Assembly (NCBI RefSeq): GCF_000016745.1
Contig: NC_009483.1
Location: forward strand, 1,950,001-1,982,000
From: Geotalea uraniireducens Rf4
GTDB lineage: Bacteria; Desulfobacterota; Desulfuromonadia; Geobacterales; Geobacteraceae
DNA: 32,000 nucleotides
Direction: 5' to 3'
A model generated the notes under the pieces. That model searched no databases. It saw nothing but the letters and a program-made list of their open reading frames with translations, and was not told the DNA's origin. This document shows positions 1-9,044 of this stretch, piece after piece. Every line of letters begins with the position of its first letter. Within the stretch, counting starts at the first letter, position 1. A program made the position numbers and the translations under genes.

Positions 1-147
1 TTTGTATCAGAAACAGGAATAATAATATATGTACCTGAAATTACATATAGAGGCGATATCGTATTTTTTATACATGATGGGAACCACAGAGCAGCTATTG
101 CTAAGGCTCATGGCTTAGAGCGTATTGCGGTCTTGTTTATTGCATGA
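1..147 (+). CDS. 3' end of a CDS running in from the left edge; ParB/sulfiredoxin-like fold suspected
   Basis: Frame 1 is open from base 1 to TGA at 145-147. It translates FVSETGIIIYVPEITYRGDIVFFIHDGNHRAAIAKAHGLERIAVLFIA. The DGNHRAAIAKAHGLERIAV stretch resembles the ParB N-terminal DGxHR...A...G motif. Confidence 0.4.
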   Translation, partial: FVSETGIIIYVPEITYRGDIVFFIHDGNHRAAIAKAHGLERIAVLFIA

Positions 148-364
148 ACAATTTCATGTTAATGTCGCTAGTGCTCGAGGTTATTGTTCGTCTCTCCGGA
201 TACAATTCTCCGCAGCTCGCTACGACGATAAAAATTAGTAATACTGAGAGATACTCCGCTGCTTACGGCTGGGTGACTCATATTTTAACTTAGCTATGAT
301 ACCGTAATAAATAAAGGAAGTTAGAAGACACCTGATTCTTGCTCAACGGGACACTAGTACATAA

Positions 365-1756
365 ATGCAAATTCTATCAATTTTAATAGTTATTTGTGCA
401 TTTTACTTTGCACTAAAATATCCGCCATATACCTTATGTCTGTATATGATATTTTCTTCCCCTGAATCATATGCAATCGGTTTTTACTTTTTGAATCAAT
501 ATGCTTCGACATTAATTTCAGGAGCCGCTTTAGTTGCTAGCGTTACAAGTTTTTATCGTTTATCGAAACAAATGAATACGGATCATTTCATAAAACGGAT
601 ATTTTATCTAGCGTCACTTTGCATGTTTATTTCTGCTTGGGTTTGGATCTCGACTATATTTAATTTTAGAAATTATTGGCAATCTATTCTTGACATCACG
701 GAAGCAGGCGCTTTTGGCAGTGTAATTGCGTTTTCTTATTATCGTGAAAAACGTGCTCAGTTAGCATTTATTGCAACTGTTTTATTTCACATCACCTTCA
801 GCTTTTTAATTTACTGGATTAAAAATCCTTATTTGATTAACTTTATTACAATAGTTCATCAAGAATCATCAGATATCTCCAAGCTATTATCATATGGTGT
901 AACAAATGAGGCAACTGTCAGAATTAGCGCCCATTTTGAAAATTCAATTCAACTAGGTTTTTATGGAGCCGTAGGATTAATTATTGGTTTTTATCTTGTA
1001 ACTGTGCCGAAATGGTGGGCGCGCCTACTAAGTTTTATTTTTATAGGTGTTTCGCTTTGGGTAAGCTACGCAACAGTCGTTCGTTCATTATGGATATTTT
1101 TATTTTTGGGATTTCTTTTCCTTATGATTCAAAATTCCAAACAACAGTTACTATCGCAAACGTCGGGATTCATAAATAGAAGATATTTATTGATCAGTAG
1201 TATAATACTAACATTTGCTTTGGTTACTGTGTGCATTGCATATATGTCAGATGGACAATCAGATAATAAAAGCATTTATGCTTTATATAACTTTTTTACT
1301 GACCTCGCGGGTTCATCCTATGAGGGTAATGAATATAGACGTTCCCATCTAATATCTAGTGCCAATATTATTTTCGAACATCCTTTATTTGGTCTGGGTT
1401 CCGTTGAAGCTATCGTACAATCTACAGGAGGAATGGCACATCAAGTTATGATTGCATATGGAGCTATGTTTGGGGTTCCTGTTTTTGTTGCCATAACCAT
1501 TTTGTGTATTGTATTAGCAAAATCCCTATACATTTACTTGACTAAGCCGTTAAGCATGCCATTGCCACCAACTTGTTTCCATGTCAGATATGGTTCACCG
1601 TTGTTTATGTTTGGATGTATTGTACTTGCTGTTGGGTTATCAAACCACTCAGCCGGTAGAATGCTTCAATGGATCTGCTGGTCACTTGCGTGTCTCCCTT
1701 GGGTTTATTCAAAAAATACCCATGATAGTGCTATCCAAAACCGGATAGGCAGGTAG
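365..1756 (+). CDS. O-antigen polymerase / O-antigen-ligase-like (Wzy_C domain) polytopic membrane protein
   Basis: 463-aa ORF, almost entirely hydrophobic with at least 10 predicted helices. It has a large loop followed by HPLFGLGS...GGMAHQVMIAYGAMFGVP, which resembles the Wzy_C/WaaL H-x-x-x-L...G..G motif. Very AT-rich, and located inside a glycan cluster. Confidence 0.7.
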   Translation: MQILSILIVICAFYFALKYPPYTLCLYMIFSSPESYAIGFYFLNQYASTLISGAALVASVTSFYRLSKQMNTDHFIKRIFYLASLCMFISAWVWISTIFNFRNYWQSILDITEAGAFGSVIAFSYYREKRAQLAFIATVLFHITFSFLIYWIKNPYLINFITIVHQESSDISKLLSYGVTNEATVRISAHFENSIQLGFYGAVGLIIGFYLVTVPKWWARLLSFIFIGVSLWVSYATVVRSLWIFLFLGFLFLMIQNSKQQLLSQTSGFINRRYLLISSIILTFALVTVCIAYMSDGQSDNKSIYALYNFFTDLAGSSYEGNEYRRSHLISSANIIFEHPLFGLGSVEAIVQSTGGMAHQVMIAYGAMFGVPVFVAITILCIVLAKSLYIYLTKPLSMPLPPTCFHVRYGSPLFMFGCIVLAVGLSNHSAGRMLQWICWSLACLPWVYSKNTHDSAIQNRIGR

Positions 1757-1820
1757 CAATCTTCTGTAAACTAAAGGCTTTGCGGAAACAATAATATTAT
1801 CATTAAGTAGGTTGGTGTAC

Positions 1821-2918
1821 ATGACCATTATTAACCGTAAATCCCCTAGTGTAAGTATTATCTTGCCAGTATTTAATGGGGAGAAGTATCTTCAATCAGC
1901 GATTGAGAGCTTACTCAGCCAATCCTATGCTGATTTTGAGTTAATAATAATAAATGATGGGTCAACAGACCAGTCTTTAGCGATAATGACGAAATATTCT
2001 ATTTGTGATAAACGCATACGGATATTGAATCAAGAGAACAAAGGCCTTATTTATGCACTAAATAAAGGAATCGATTTATCGAGAGGCGAATACATCGCAA
2101 GAATGGATAGTGATGATATTTCACATCCTGACAGACTAAAACATCAAGTTGCTTTTTTGGAGAGAAATAGAGATGTTGGAATAGTCGGAACTTACATTGA
2201 TCTCTTTGACGAATTCAATCACACAGGGATTAAATTTGCGACAAAACCTGAAGAGATTAGAGCAAAACTATTATTCGGGTGTGAATTGGCGCATCCAACC
2301 GTCATGATAAGAAAAGTATTTATAACAAAGTATGATTTGAGATATGACATAAATGATCTACATGCCGAGGATTTCGGGTTATGGGTTAGATGCTGTACTT
2401 ATTTTAATATAGCAAATGTCCCCAAAATATTGGTAAGGTTAAGACAGCATAACTCCCAAGTGACTAAGGTTTATGGCTCAAAAACAATTCAAACATCCAT
2501 GGAAATTATACTGAAGCAACTACTTCAATTAGGAATTACAGTAACGCCTGCTGAGTTGTCAATACACACAGAATTATGTTATGGGTTTATGCCCGGAACA
2601 TCTAACGATTTAATAAGTGTTGAAAAATGGCTGCTAAAGCTTTTTGATGCTAATAAAATCACCCAAAAGTATAACAGTGATATGCTATCAAAAATAATAT
2701 TACATAGATGGTACATAGCGTGTATTCAGTATAGTGGTAGAAACTTGAGGACTTGGAGATATTTTTACGCATCTATTATATTTAAACAATTATGTAATGG
2801 TTTTATTTTTCCCGGTTACCATGTTTTATCAGATTTGACAGCCCGCATTATAAATTGGTCAATTTGCCATGTTAATTTCTCCAAGCCAGGAAGATGCCAT
2901 GTTGAACTCAAACAATAG
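1821..2918 (+). CDS. Family 2 glycosyltransferase (GT-A fold)
   Basis: SVSIILPVFNGEKYLQSAIESLLSQSYADFELIIINDGSTDQS and ARMDSDDIS (DxD) are classic GT2 N-terminal signatures. The ORF track starts at TTG 1812; ATG 1821 is more likely. Confidence 0.85.
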   Translation: MTIINRKSPSVSIILPVFNGEKYLQSAIESLLSQSYADFELIIINDGSTDQSLAIMTKYSICDKRIRILNQENKGLIYALNKGIDLSRGEYIARMDSDDISHPDRLKHQVAFLERNRDVGIVGTYIDLFDEFNHTGIKFATKPEEIRAKLLFGCELAHPTVMIRKVFITKYDLRYDINDLHAEDFGLWVRCCTYFNIANVPKILVRLRQHNSQVTKVYGSKTIQTSMEIILKQLLQLGITVTPAELSIHTELCYGFMPGTSNDLISVEKWLLKLFDANKITQKYNSDMLSKIILHRWYIACIQYSGRNLRTWRYFYASIIFKQLCNGFIFPGYHVLSDLTARIINWSICHVNFSKPGRCHVELKQ

Positions 2919-4056
2919 CAATCTAACTTTATTTGTTTACGGAGGAAACGGTGGCAGTGGCGGTTTAGTAAGTTACTGCAAAGGGTTATTCGGTTCGAGA
3001 TCTGTTCCTTTAGATATTGATGTATTTTTTATATGCTCACCGGAATTCTGCAATGAATTAGGGCCCCTAGATTCGAATGTTCGAATTATACAGCATTCGT
3101 GGATTTCAAATAGTAACCGATTAAAACGTCTTATTTGGCATTTGTGGATTTATCCGCGATTGATACTAAAAGAACATGTCGATGTTGAGTTGTATGTGTC
3201 TGGATCCTTGCCTTTATATCGGCGCATTTTTCATGGGGGCGCCATAATCGCAACTACGTGCCATAACCTTTTGCCTTTTGATCTAAAGGAGATTGAAAGA
3301 CATCCTTTAAATCCGGATTATAGAGCGTTCCTGAGGATCAGGAAAGAACTTAAACGTTCTCTCCAACAACTCGCAGGCATAATTTTTATTTCCGAGCATT
3401 CAAAGAATGTTGTTTTGGAACAACTTATAACCAATCCTGAATACGCTGTAATACCACATGGACTAGAGGAGAAATTTCGGTTGGAAAGGCCACGGTCATA
3501 TGTAATTGGTGAACCAGTGACCTTGCTGTACGTCTCTCCAGTATTTCCATATAAACACCATGATAGCGTTGTACGCTCTGTTAAATGGGTACGGGATATG
3601 ACTGGGCGTGATATACAACTCCGTTTGGTTGGCGGAGGTGGCCACTCTGCAGTGCGAGAACTTGAGGCACTGATTAAAAGTGAACATGCAGAATCTTATG
3701 TGACGCTGGTCGGAAATTTAGGAAGAAAAGAATTGAGTCATGAATTAACCAGTACTGACATCTTTGTTTTCGCCAGTTCCTGTGAAGCATTTCCTATAAC
3801 ATTATTGGAGGCGATGGGCTTCAGATTGCCAATTGCTTGTTCGAATCGCGTAGGGATGGACACTATGTTGCGTGATGCTGGAGTCTATTTTGATCCTGAA
3901 GATGTATCGTCTCTATCTCAAGCAATTATTAAGCTATTGTCGAGCGAAGAAATGCGCCGTGATTGTGGTGAAAAGGCTTTTACATATGCTCAGGAATACA
4001 CATGGGTGAATTGTGCAATTGAGACCTTCCGTTTTTTATCGACATTAAGCAGATAA
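2899..4056 (+). CDS. Family 4 glycosyltransferase (GT-B, Glycos_transf_1 domain)
   Basis: C-terminal FVFASSCEAFPITLLEAMGFRLPIACSN...VYFDPEDV is the GT4 E-x7-E region. AGGAAG lies 6 nt before ATG 2899; alternative start at 2869. Clear paralogue of 10450-11595. Confidence 0.8.
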   Translation: MLNSNNSNLTLFVYGGNGGSGGLVSYCKGLFGSRSVPLDIDVFFICSPEFCNELGPLDSNVRIIQHSWISNSNRLKRLIWHLWIYPRLILKEHVDVELYVSGSLPLYRRIFHGGAIIATTCHNLLPFDLKEIERHPLNPDYRAFLRIRKELKRSLQQLAGIIFISEHSKNVVLEQLITNPEYAVIPHGLEEKFRLERPRSYVIGEPVTLLYVSPVFPYKHHDSVVRSVKWVRDMTGRDIQLRLVGGGGHSAVRELEALIKSEHAESYVTLVGNLGRKELSHELTSTDIFVFASSCEAFPITLLEAMGFRLPIACSNRVGMDTMLRDAGVYFDPEDVSSLSQAIIKLLSSEEMRRDCGEKAFTYAQEYTWVNCAIETFRFLSTLSR

Positions 4057-4127
4057 TCAGAACTGACTGTAATCATTCGACAATATAACATGATGAGATC
4101 TATCTAGGCTACGTAAAGGTAATTGTT

Positions 4128-5357
4128 TTGAGAATTTTAATGGCTGGCACATTTTCTTTTCCGGAAGGGGGCGACGGAGCCTCACGCGCACTACATATGC
4201 AAGCCAAGGGACTGGCCCAGGCAGGCCATGAGGTGCTCGTGGCCGTATGCTGTGGAACACTTGAGGGTAGAAAATCCGACCTGGATGGTTTTAAGGTAAA
4301 GAGTTTCGTATCTTCGAGCAAAGATCGTAAAGGAATGGTTGCACCTTTTTTCTGGATTTATGGTCAATTGGGAATGCTGCTCTATTTGTTATATGTGACC
4401 CTTGCACGCAGATTCGATACTATTATTTATTATGGAGCTGCCCCAGTTTTCGCGATAGCTGCTGTTGCGGGTAAGTTTTTAAAACGTCATACTTGCGTTG
4501 TTGAAGGTGATTTGATGGCTGTTCGTTGGCAAAAGTTACTTTTCAACTCCGAAGAAATCTTAGCAAGAAACGTATCACTGATAATAGTTGGCGGATCATC
4601 AGTTCTTGAACAGCATTTTACAAAGATAGCTCCAAATACAAAATGCTTGAGATTGTGGCCACCCACTGACACGGACTATTTTGGTTCTGGGAGTTCTATA
4701 CGTGCAAGGAAAAAACTGAATCTGTCCGATGCACCGCTAATAGTATATGCTGGAGCTATCAGTAAGTTGGAAGGGGTAGATGTTTTAATCGAATCAATGA
4801 AGTATGTCATCGAAAAGTGCCCTGAAGCCAAACTCATAATTGCCGGTCCTATCGTGGAGCATGACGCAATTATTGGGAAGCCACTCGATTACAAGGGACT
4901 CGTTGAAGAGCTAGGGTTAGCAGGTGTAGTGTTTTTTACTGGCAAACTACTGATGCCTGAGGTGGCTGACCTTTTAGCGGCAGCAAATGTTTTAGTCAAT
5001 CCCAAAGTCGAACATCCTGCAAATTGGGTGGCCGCCCCCATCAAGATTGGTGAGTATCTCGCATCTGGAAGCCCAATTGTAACTACAAGCGTTTGCGAGC
5101 TTGAGGTATGGCTATCTGACAGGCGTGATGTTTTATTCTGTAAGGCTGGTGACTCAGTGGAACTGGCAAAAGGTATATGCGATATACTAACCGACACCGT
5201 TCTGTCAGATCAATTATCTCGTCAAGGTGTCATAGCATCTCGTCGTGTGTGTGATTTTCGTGTTTGGGGTATAAAAGTTATCGAGGCAATCGAAATGGAT
5301 AAGGGGGGGCAAATGAGGACATTACCAAAAAAGATGCCCCTTGGGAGGAACTGGTAA
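4128..5357 (+). CDS. Family 4 glycosyltransferase
   Basis: MRILMAGTFSFPEGGDGASRALHMQAKGLAQAGHEV is a typical GT4 N-terminus. The C-terminal half has LVNPKVEHPANWVAAPIKIGEYLASGSPIV. TTG start with AAAGG upstream; ATG at 4140 is an alternative. Confidence 0.75.
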   Translation: MRILMAGTFSFPEGGDGASRALHMQAKGLAQAGHEVLVAVCCGTLEGRKSDLDGFKVKSFVSSSKDRKGMVAPFFWIYGQLGMLLYLLYVTLARRFDTIIYYGAAPVFAIAAVAGKFLKRHTCVVEGDLMAVRWQKLLFNSEEILARNVSLIIVGGSSVLEQHFTKIAPNTKCLRLWPPTDTDYFGSGSSIRARKKLNLSDAPLIVYAGAISKLEGVDVLIESMKYVIEKCPEAKLIIAGPIVEHDAIIGKPLDYKGLVEELGLAGVVFFTGKLLMPEVADLLAAANVLVNPKVEHPANWVAAPIKIGEYLASGSPIVTTSVCELEVWLSDRRDVLFCKAGDSVELAKGICDILTDTVLSDQLSRQGVIASRRVCDFRVWGIKVIEAIEMDKGGQMRTLPKKMPLGRNW

Positions 5358-5361
5358 TGCA

Positions 5362-5556
5362 TGATTGTGGGTGTTGCTTATATTTCGGCTGATGCACTTG
5401 ATGTAGCATTGAAGGATGCCTTTCCGAAGACATTGAAAGAACTGAAAACCATGGGGATACCCTTAGGCTTGCAGCACAGATGAATTGATTAACACGAGTG
5501 GCTTTTTGGACGCACCGAGATGCCGTTGTTTATAGTGAATGATTAATCGAAATACT
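5362..5556 (+). pseudogene. Degraded 3' remnant of a GT4 glycosyltransferase gene, homologous to the 3' end of 9045-10247
   Basis: atttcggctgatgcacttgatgtagcattgaaggatgcc...gaactgaaaaccatggg...cagcacagatga...gagtggcttt...gattaatcgaaata aligns by eye with 10047-10256 of the intact gene. It carries a ~30-nt internal deletion and a premature stop. Translation ISADALDVALKDAFPKTLKELKTMG compares with ISADALAVALKAAFSKTSKELKTMG. Confidence 0.65.
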
Positions 5557-5573
5557 ATAAGCTTGGAGTAGTT

Positions 5574-6503
5574 ATGAGAACTTTAGTAACTGGAGGAGCC
5601 GGGTTTATCGGTTCCAACCTTGTAAAGCAACTGCTTAAAGACGGACATGAGGTGACAGTGCTGGACAATCTTCTTTCCGGCTACCGTTCCAATATCGCCA
5701 CCTTCCCAGAGGTGTGCCTTATTGAAGGAGATATCCGCGACGATGTTGTTGTTGCTGAGGCAATGAAGGGTGTGGAAGTGGTTTTCCACTTGGCAGCTTC
5801 GGTAGGAAATAAGCGCTCCATTGACCATCCGATCCTAGATGCAGAGATCAATGTTATTGGCACACTGAAAATTCTTGAAGCAGCGCGTAAGTTCGGCATA
5901 CGAAAGATCGTCGCTTCTTCTTCGGCTGGGATCTTCGGTGAACTGAAAACGCTCCCCATTAAAGAGGACCACCCAGTAGAGCCCGATTCACCATACGGGA
6001 GCACGAAACTTTGTATGGAAAAGGAGTGCCTCTCCTATGCAAAACTGTATGATCTGGAGGCGGTCTGCCTTCGCTATTTCAACGTATACGGCCTAAACCA
6101 GCGCTTCGATGCCTACGGGAATGTGATTCCGATTTTCGCTTATAAGATGCTTCGGGGGGAACCGTTGACTATTTTTGGGGATGGGGAGCAGACCCGTGAT
6201 TTTCTTGACGTGCGAGACGTGGTACAGGCCAACATAAAGGCTGCTATGACATTGGGGGTTTCGGGTGCTTTCAACATAGCCAGCGGAAGCAGGATTACGA
6301 TCAACCGTTTGGTTGAACTTCTTAGTGCGGCTTCCGCCATAAACCCGCTGGTCCAGCATGGCCCGCCGCGTCCGGGGGATGTGATGCATAGTCTCGCAGA
6401 CATCCGCGCGGCTCATGAAGCATTTGACTTTACACCTGAGATTAATTTAGAGGATGGGCTCAGGGAATACATGGTTTGGGTAAAAGAAGAAGCAGAGATT
6501 TGA
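5574..6503 (+). CDS. NAD-dependent nucleotide-sugar epimerase/dehydratase (extended SDR, GalE/WbpP-like 4-epimerase type)
   Basis: TGGAGFIGSNL Rossmann motif and the YGSTK catalytic YxxxK. Length of 309 aa, with GGAG RBS upstream. Confidence 0.85.
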   Translation: MRTLVTGGAGFIGSNLVKQLLKDGHEVTVLDNLLSGYRSNIATFPEVCLIEGDIRDDVVVAEAMKGVEVVFHLAASVGNKRSIDHPILDAEINVIGTLKILEAARKFGIRKIVASSSAGIFGELKTLPIKEDHPVEPDSPYGSTKLCMEKECLSYAKLYDLEAVCLRYFNVYGLNQRFDAYGNVIPIFAYKMLRGEPLTIFGDGEQTRDFLDVRDVVQANIKAAMTLGVSGAFNIASGSRITINRLVELLSAASAINPLVQHGPPRPGDVMHSLADIRAAHEAFDFTPEINLEDGLREYMVWVKEEAEI

Positions 6504-6667
6504 ATTAGTGTCTGCCTTTAGTCTCTACCCCTAGAAGGCAAATAAATGGCTTTTTCGGATGTTTGAGAAGACCCCTGCAGCAGAGTCCGCAGGGCGTCAA
6601 AGTCAGAATAAAAGCAGACAGTGTGCAATAATTATGAATGTGCCAAAATAAAGGACCGTTACGTACG

Positions 6668-7717
6668 ATGAAAATTTTATATCTCTATTCTGAAGTAATG
6701 CCTTATAATATTCCTGTTTTTGAGAAATATGTCCAAAAGTACAATGCAGAGGTACATGTAGTTCATTGGGACCACAAAAAACTTACACCATATAAATTAC
6801 CCAAATTAGATAATGTTATTTATTACAACAGATCTGATTACACAAAACATCAGCTAAAGCAATTGGCAAATAAAGTAAAACCTGACATCGTTTACATTAG
6901 TGGATGGATGGACAAAGATTATTTGGCTGTAGTTAAGAACATTAAAGATCAAGGTGTCCCGGTAGTGACAGGTTTTGACGATCAATGGAAAGGTGATTTT
7001 AGACAGCGATTGGGATCATTTGTATTTCCCTTTCTATTGAAAAAGTATTTTAGCCATAGTTGGGTTGCTGGTCCTAGTCAATTTGAATTTGCTAAACGAC
7101 TAGGCTTTAAAGATAGTGAAATTATATCTAATCTTTATTCATGTAATACGCTTTTGTTTAATAAGGCGATGGAGTATCTTGAAATAAAAACAAAAAATTA
7201 TCCTAAATATTTTCTTTATGTCGGCAGATTTGTATCGGTAAAAGGAATTGATTTACTTGTCGATGCTTATAAGAGTTATCAGTCAAAGTATAACGGCAAT
7301 TGGAAATTAATTTGTATTGGTAACGGAGATTTAAAGTATTTATTTGAAAACAACCCAGGGATTGAAGTTTTTGATTTTTTAAACCAAGCTGAAATATTGG
7401 CAATAATTAAAAGGGCTGGTGTTTTTATATTGCCTAGTAGATTTGAACCATGGGGCGTTGTTGTTCATGAATTCGTCTCTGCTGGTATGCCTTTAATTTT
7501 ATCAGAAAATGTGGGCGCTAGGTCAACCTTTTTAATTGACAACTTTAACGGGCTTAGTTTTACGAATAATTCAGCCGAAAATTTAGCGAAAGCGATGTCC
7601 ACTATTTCAAGTAAAACTGATTCTGAATTAATTGAAATGAGCAAAAATAGTTTTTTTCTATCTAATAAAATCAATCCTGAAATAGTTGCTGCAAGCTTTA
7701 TGTCAATATTAATTTAA
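6668..7717 (+). CDS. Family 4 glycosyltransferase
   Basis: MKILYLYSEV start, then GKGIDLL, LPSRFEPWGVVVHEFVSAGMPLILSENVG (E-x7-E region). Very AT-rich. The ORF track start at 6638 adds 10 unlikely residues. Confidence 0.75.
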   Translation: MKILYLYSEVMPYNIPVFEKYVQKYNAEVHVVHWDHKKLTPYKLPKLDNVIYYNRSDYTKHQLKQLANKVKPDIVYISGWMDKDYLAVVKNIKDQGVPVVTGFDDQWKGDFRQRLGSFVFPFLLKKYFSHSWVAGPSQFEFAKRLGFKDSEIISNLYSCNTLLFNKAMEYLEIKTKNYPKYFLYVGRFVSVKGIDLLVDAYKSYQSKYNGNWKLICIGNGDLKYLFENNPGIEVFDFLNQAEILAIIKRAGVFILPSRFEPWGVVVHEFVSAGMPLILSENVGARSTFLIDNFNGLSFTNNSAENLAKAMSTISSKTDSELIEMSKNSFFLSNKINPEIVAASFMSILI

Positions 7718-7846
7718 TGAAACCCCTAATCAACACATCCAAACATAATAAAATATAATATCACGACAATAACGCTTTAAAGTTTATTATAAAAATCATT
7801 TAACGTTGGAAGGCAAAGCTAGGAGCGACCAAAGGAGAGCCAAAGA

Positions 7847-8737
7847 ATGTCACTTTTCGGTACTCTGAAACTTATAGTCAATCACCCACTCAACAAAGAG
7901 CGCAAAATTCGCTCGGTTATCAAGTGGGTGAAGTGGCAAGTTGGAAGTCGGTTGGTCCCTGGTGAAGTTGTTTATAACTGGATCAATGGGGCAAGGGTTA
8001 TTGTTCGGCCCGGTGAAACTGGCTTTACAGGGAATATCTACTGCACGCTGGATGAATTCTCTGACATGGCGTATGTACTACATGTTATGACCCCAGAAGA
8101 TTTCTTTGTAGATATTGGAGCTAATGTGGGCTCATACACAATTCTTGCTTGTGCGGCAAAGGGCGCAAGAGGATATTGTTTTGAGCCAATACCCTCAACC
8201 TTTCAACGTTTGGCGGCCAACATTCGACTGAATGACTTATCTTGTCGCGTCGAGGCATTCAATTTAGGTCTATCTAATAAGGAAGGAGAACTTGTCTTCA
8301 CTTCTAGTGAAAATTGCACAAATCATGTTGTCACAGATGGTGAGAAAGCAATGAGTGTAATAAAAGTAAAAGTTGTATCATTAGATACAATTCTTAGTGG
8401 CCTATCACCATCTATGCTCAAACTAGATGTTGAAGGCTTTGAAACTCTTGTACTCCAAGGCGCACATGAGACTTTGAGTAATCACTCGCTGCATTCAGTA
8501 GTTATGGAATTAAACGGAAGTGGATCCAGATATGGTTTTAGCGAGGCGCAAATCCTCAACAAAATGAAGGATTATGGTTTTTCTACTTATGTCTATAATC
8601 CTTTTATCAGAGAGCTTATGACCTTGGACGGAAAGCAAAACCATTCAGGAAACACTCTATTTATACGCAATGAGAGAGATGTCAGCGATAAACTTCATAA
8701 ATCGCCACGAATACAAATAGGAAATTTACAATTGTGA
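7847..8737 (+). CDS. FkbM-family SAM-dependent methyltransferase
   Basis: VDIGANVGSYTILACAAKGARGYCFEPIPSTFQRLAANIRLN and LKLDVEGFE are the FkbM-domain hallmarks. Strong AAGGAG RBS. Confidence 0.8.
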   Translation: MSLFGTLKLIVNHPLNKERKIRSVIKWVKWQVGSRLVPGEVVYNWINGARVIVRPGETGFTGNIYCTLDEFSDMAYVLHVMTPEDFFVDIGANVGSYTILACAAKGARGYCFEPIPSTFQRLAANIRLNDLSCRVEAFNLGLSNKEGELVFTSSENCTNHVVTDGEKAMSVIKVKVVSLDTILSGLSPSMLKLDVEGFETLVLQGAHETLSNHSLHSVVMELNGSGSRYGFSEAQILNKMKDYGFSTYVYNPFIRELMTLDGKQNHSGNTLFIRNERDVSDKLHKSPRIQIGNLQL

Positions 8738-9044
8738 TCACTATCCAATTGAGTAAACACCTGGCGCATTATCTGGCGTCACTTCACAGAAATGGGGACC
8801 TTGCTTGAACATCTGCCATGTTGTTAGCTCAATATCGCGCTTAGACCTGGCGTTTCGACCTTTGTAATGTTGATTCTGTATTGAAGGTGGCAGGATGTGC
8901 GTTTACTGCAACCCCCGGATCAACTTGTTGCCGAGATGGGGCGCAAGTCCGTTGAGCGGACGAGAATCTAATGGGATACCGCGAAGTCGATATGCACTTT
9001 TCTTGAGACGGTCCTTAATTGATGGGTGGCGGATCATTATCCAA

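Noticed and set aside
148-364. JUMPstart/ops antitermination element upstream of the first glycan gene
   Set aside because: I looked for the ops core GGCGGTAG on the + strand and did not find it. The partial direct similarity ctccgcagctcgctacg / ctccgctgcttacgg is too weak to call.
6504-6640. Possible intrinsic terminators after the epimerase gene (gcctt...aaggc and ccctgc...gcaggg)
   Set aside because: The stems are short (5-6 bp), the loops are long, and no T-tract follows.
8895-9044. N-terminal extensions proposed by the ORF track (8895, and likewise 16282, 29712, 14120, 6638, 1812)
   Set aside because: The extra residues have no family resemblance, run through repeat elements or upstream genes, and internal ATGs with better RBS give canonical N-termini. 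I also wondered whether 8738-9044 hides an IS or transposase remnant, but I could not recognise any transposase motif.
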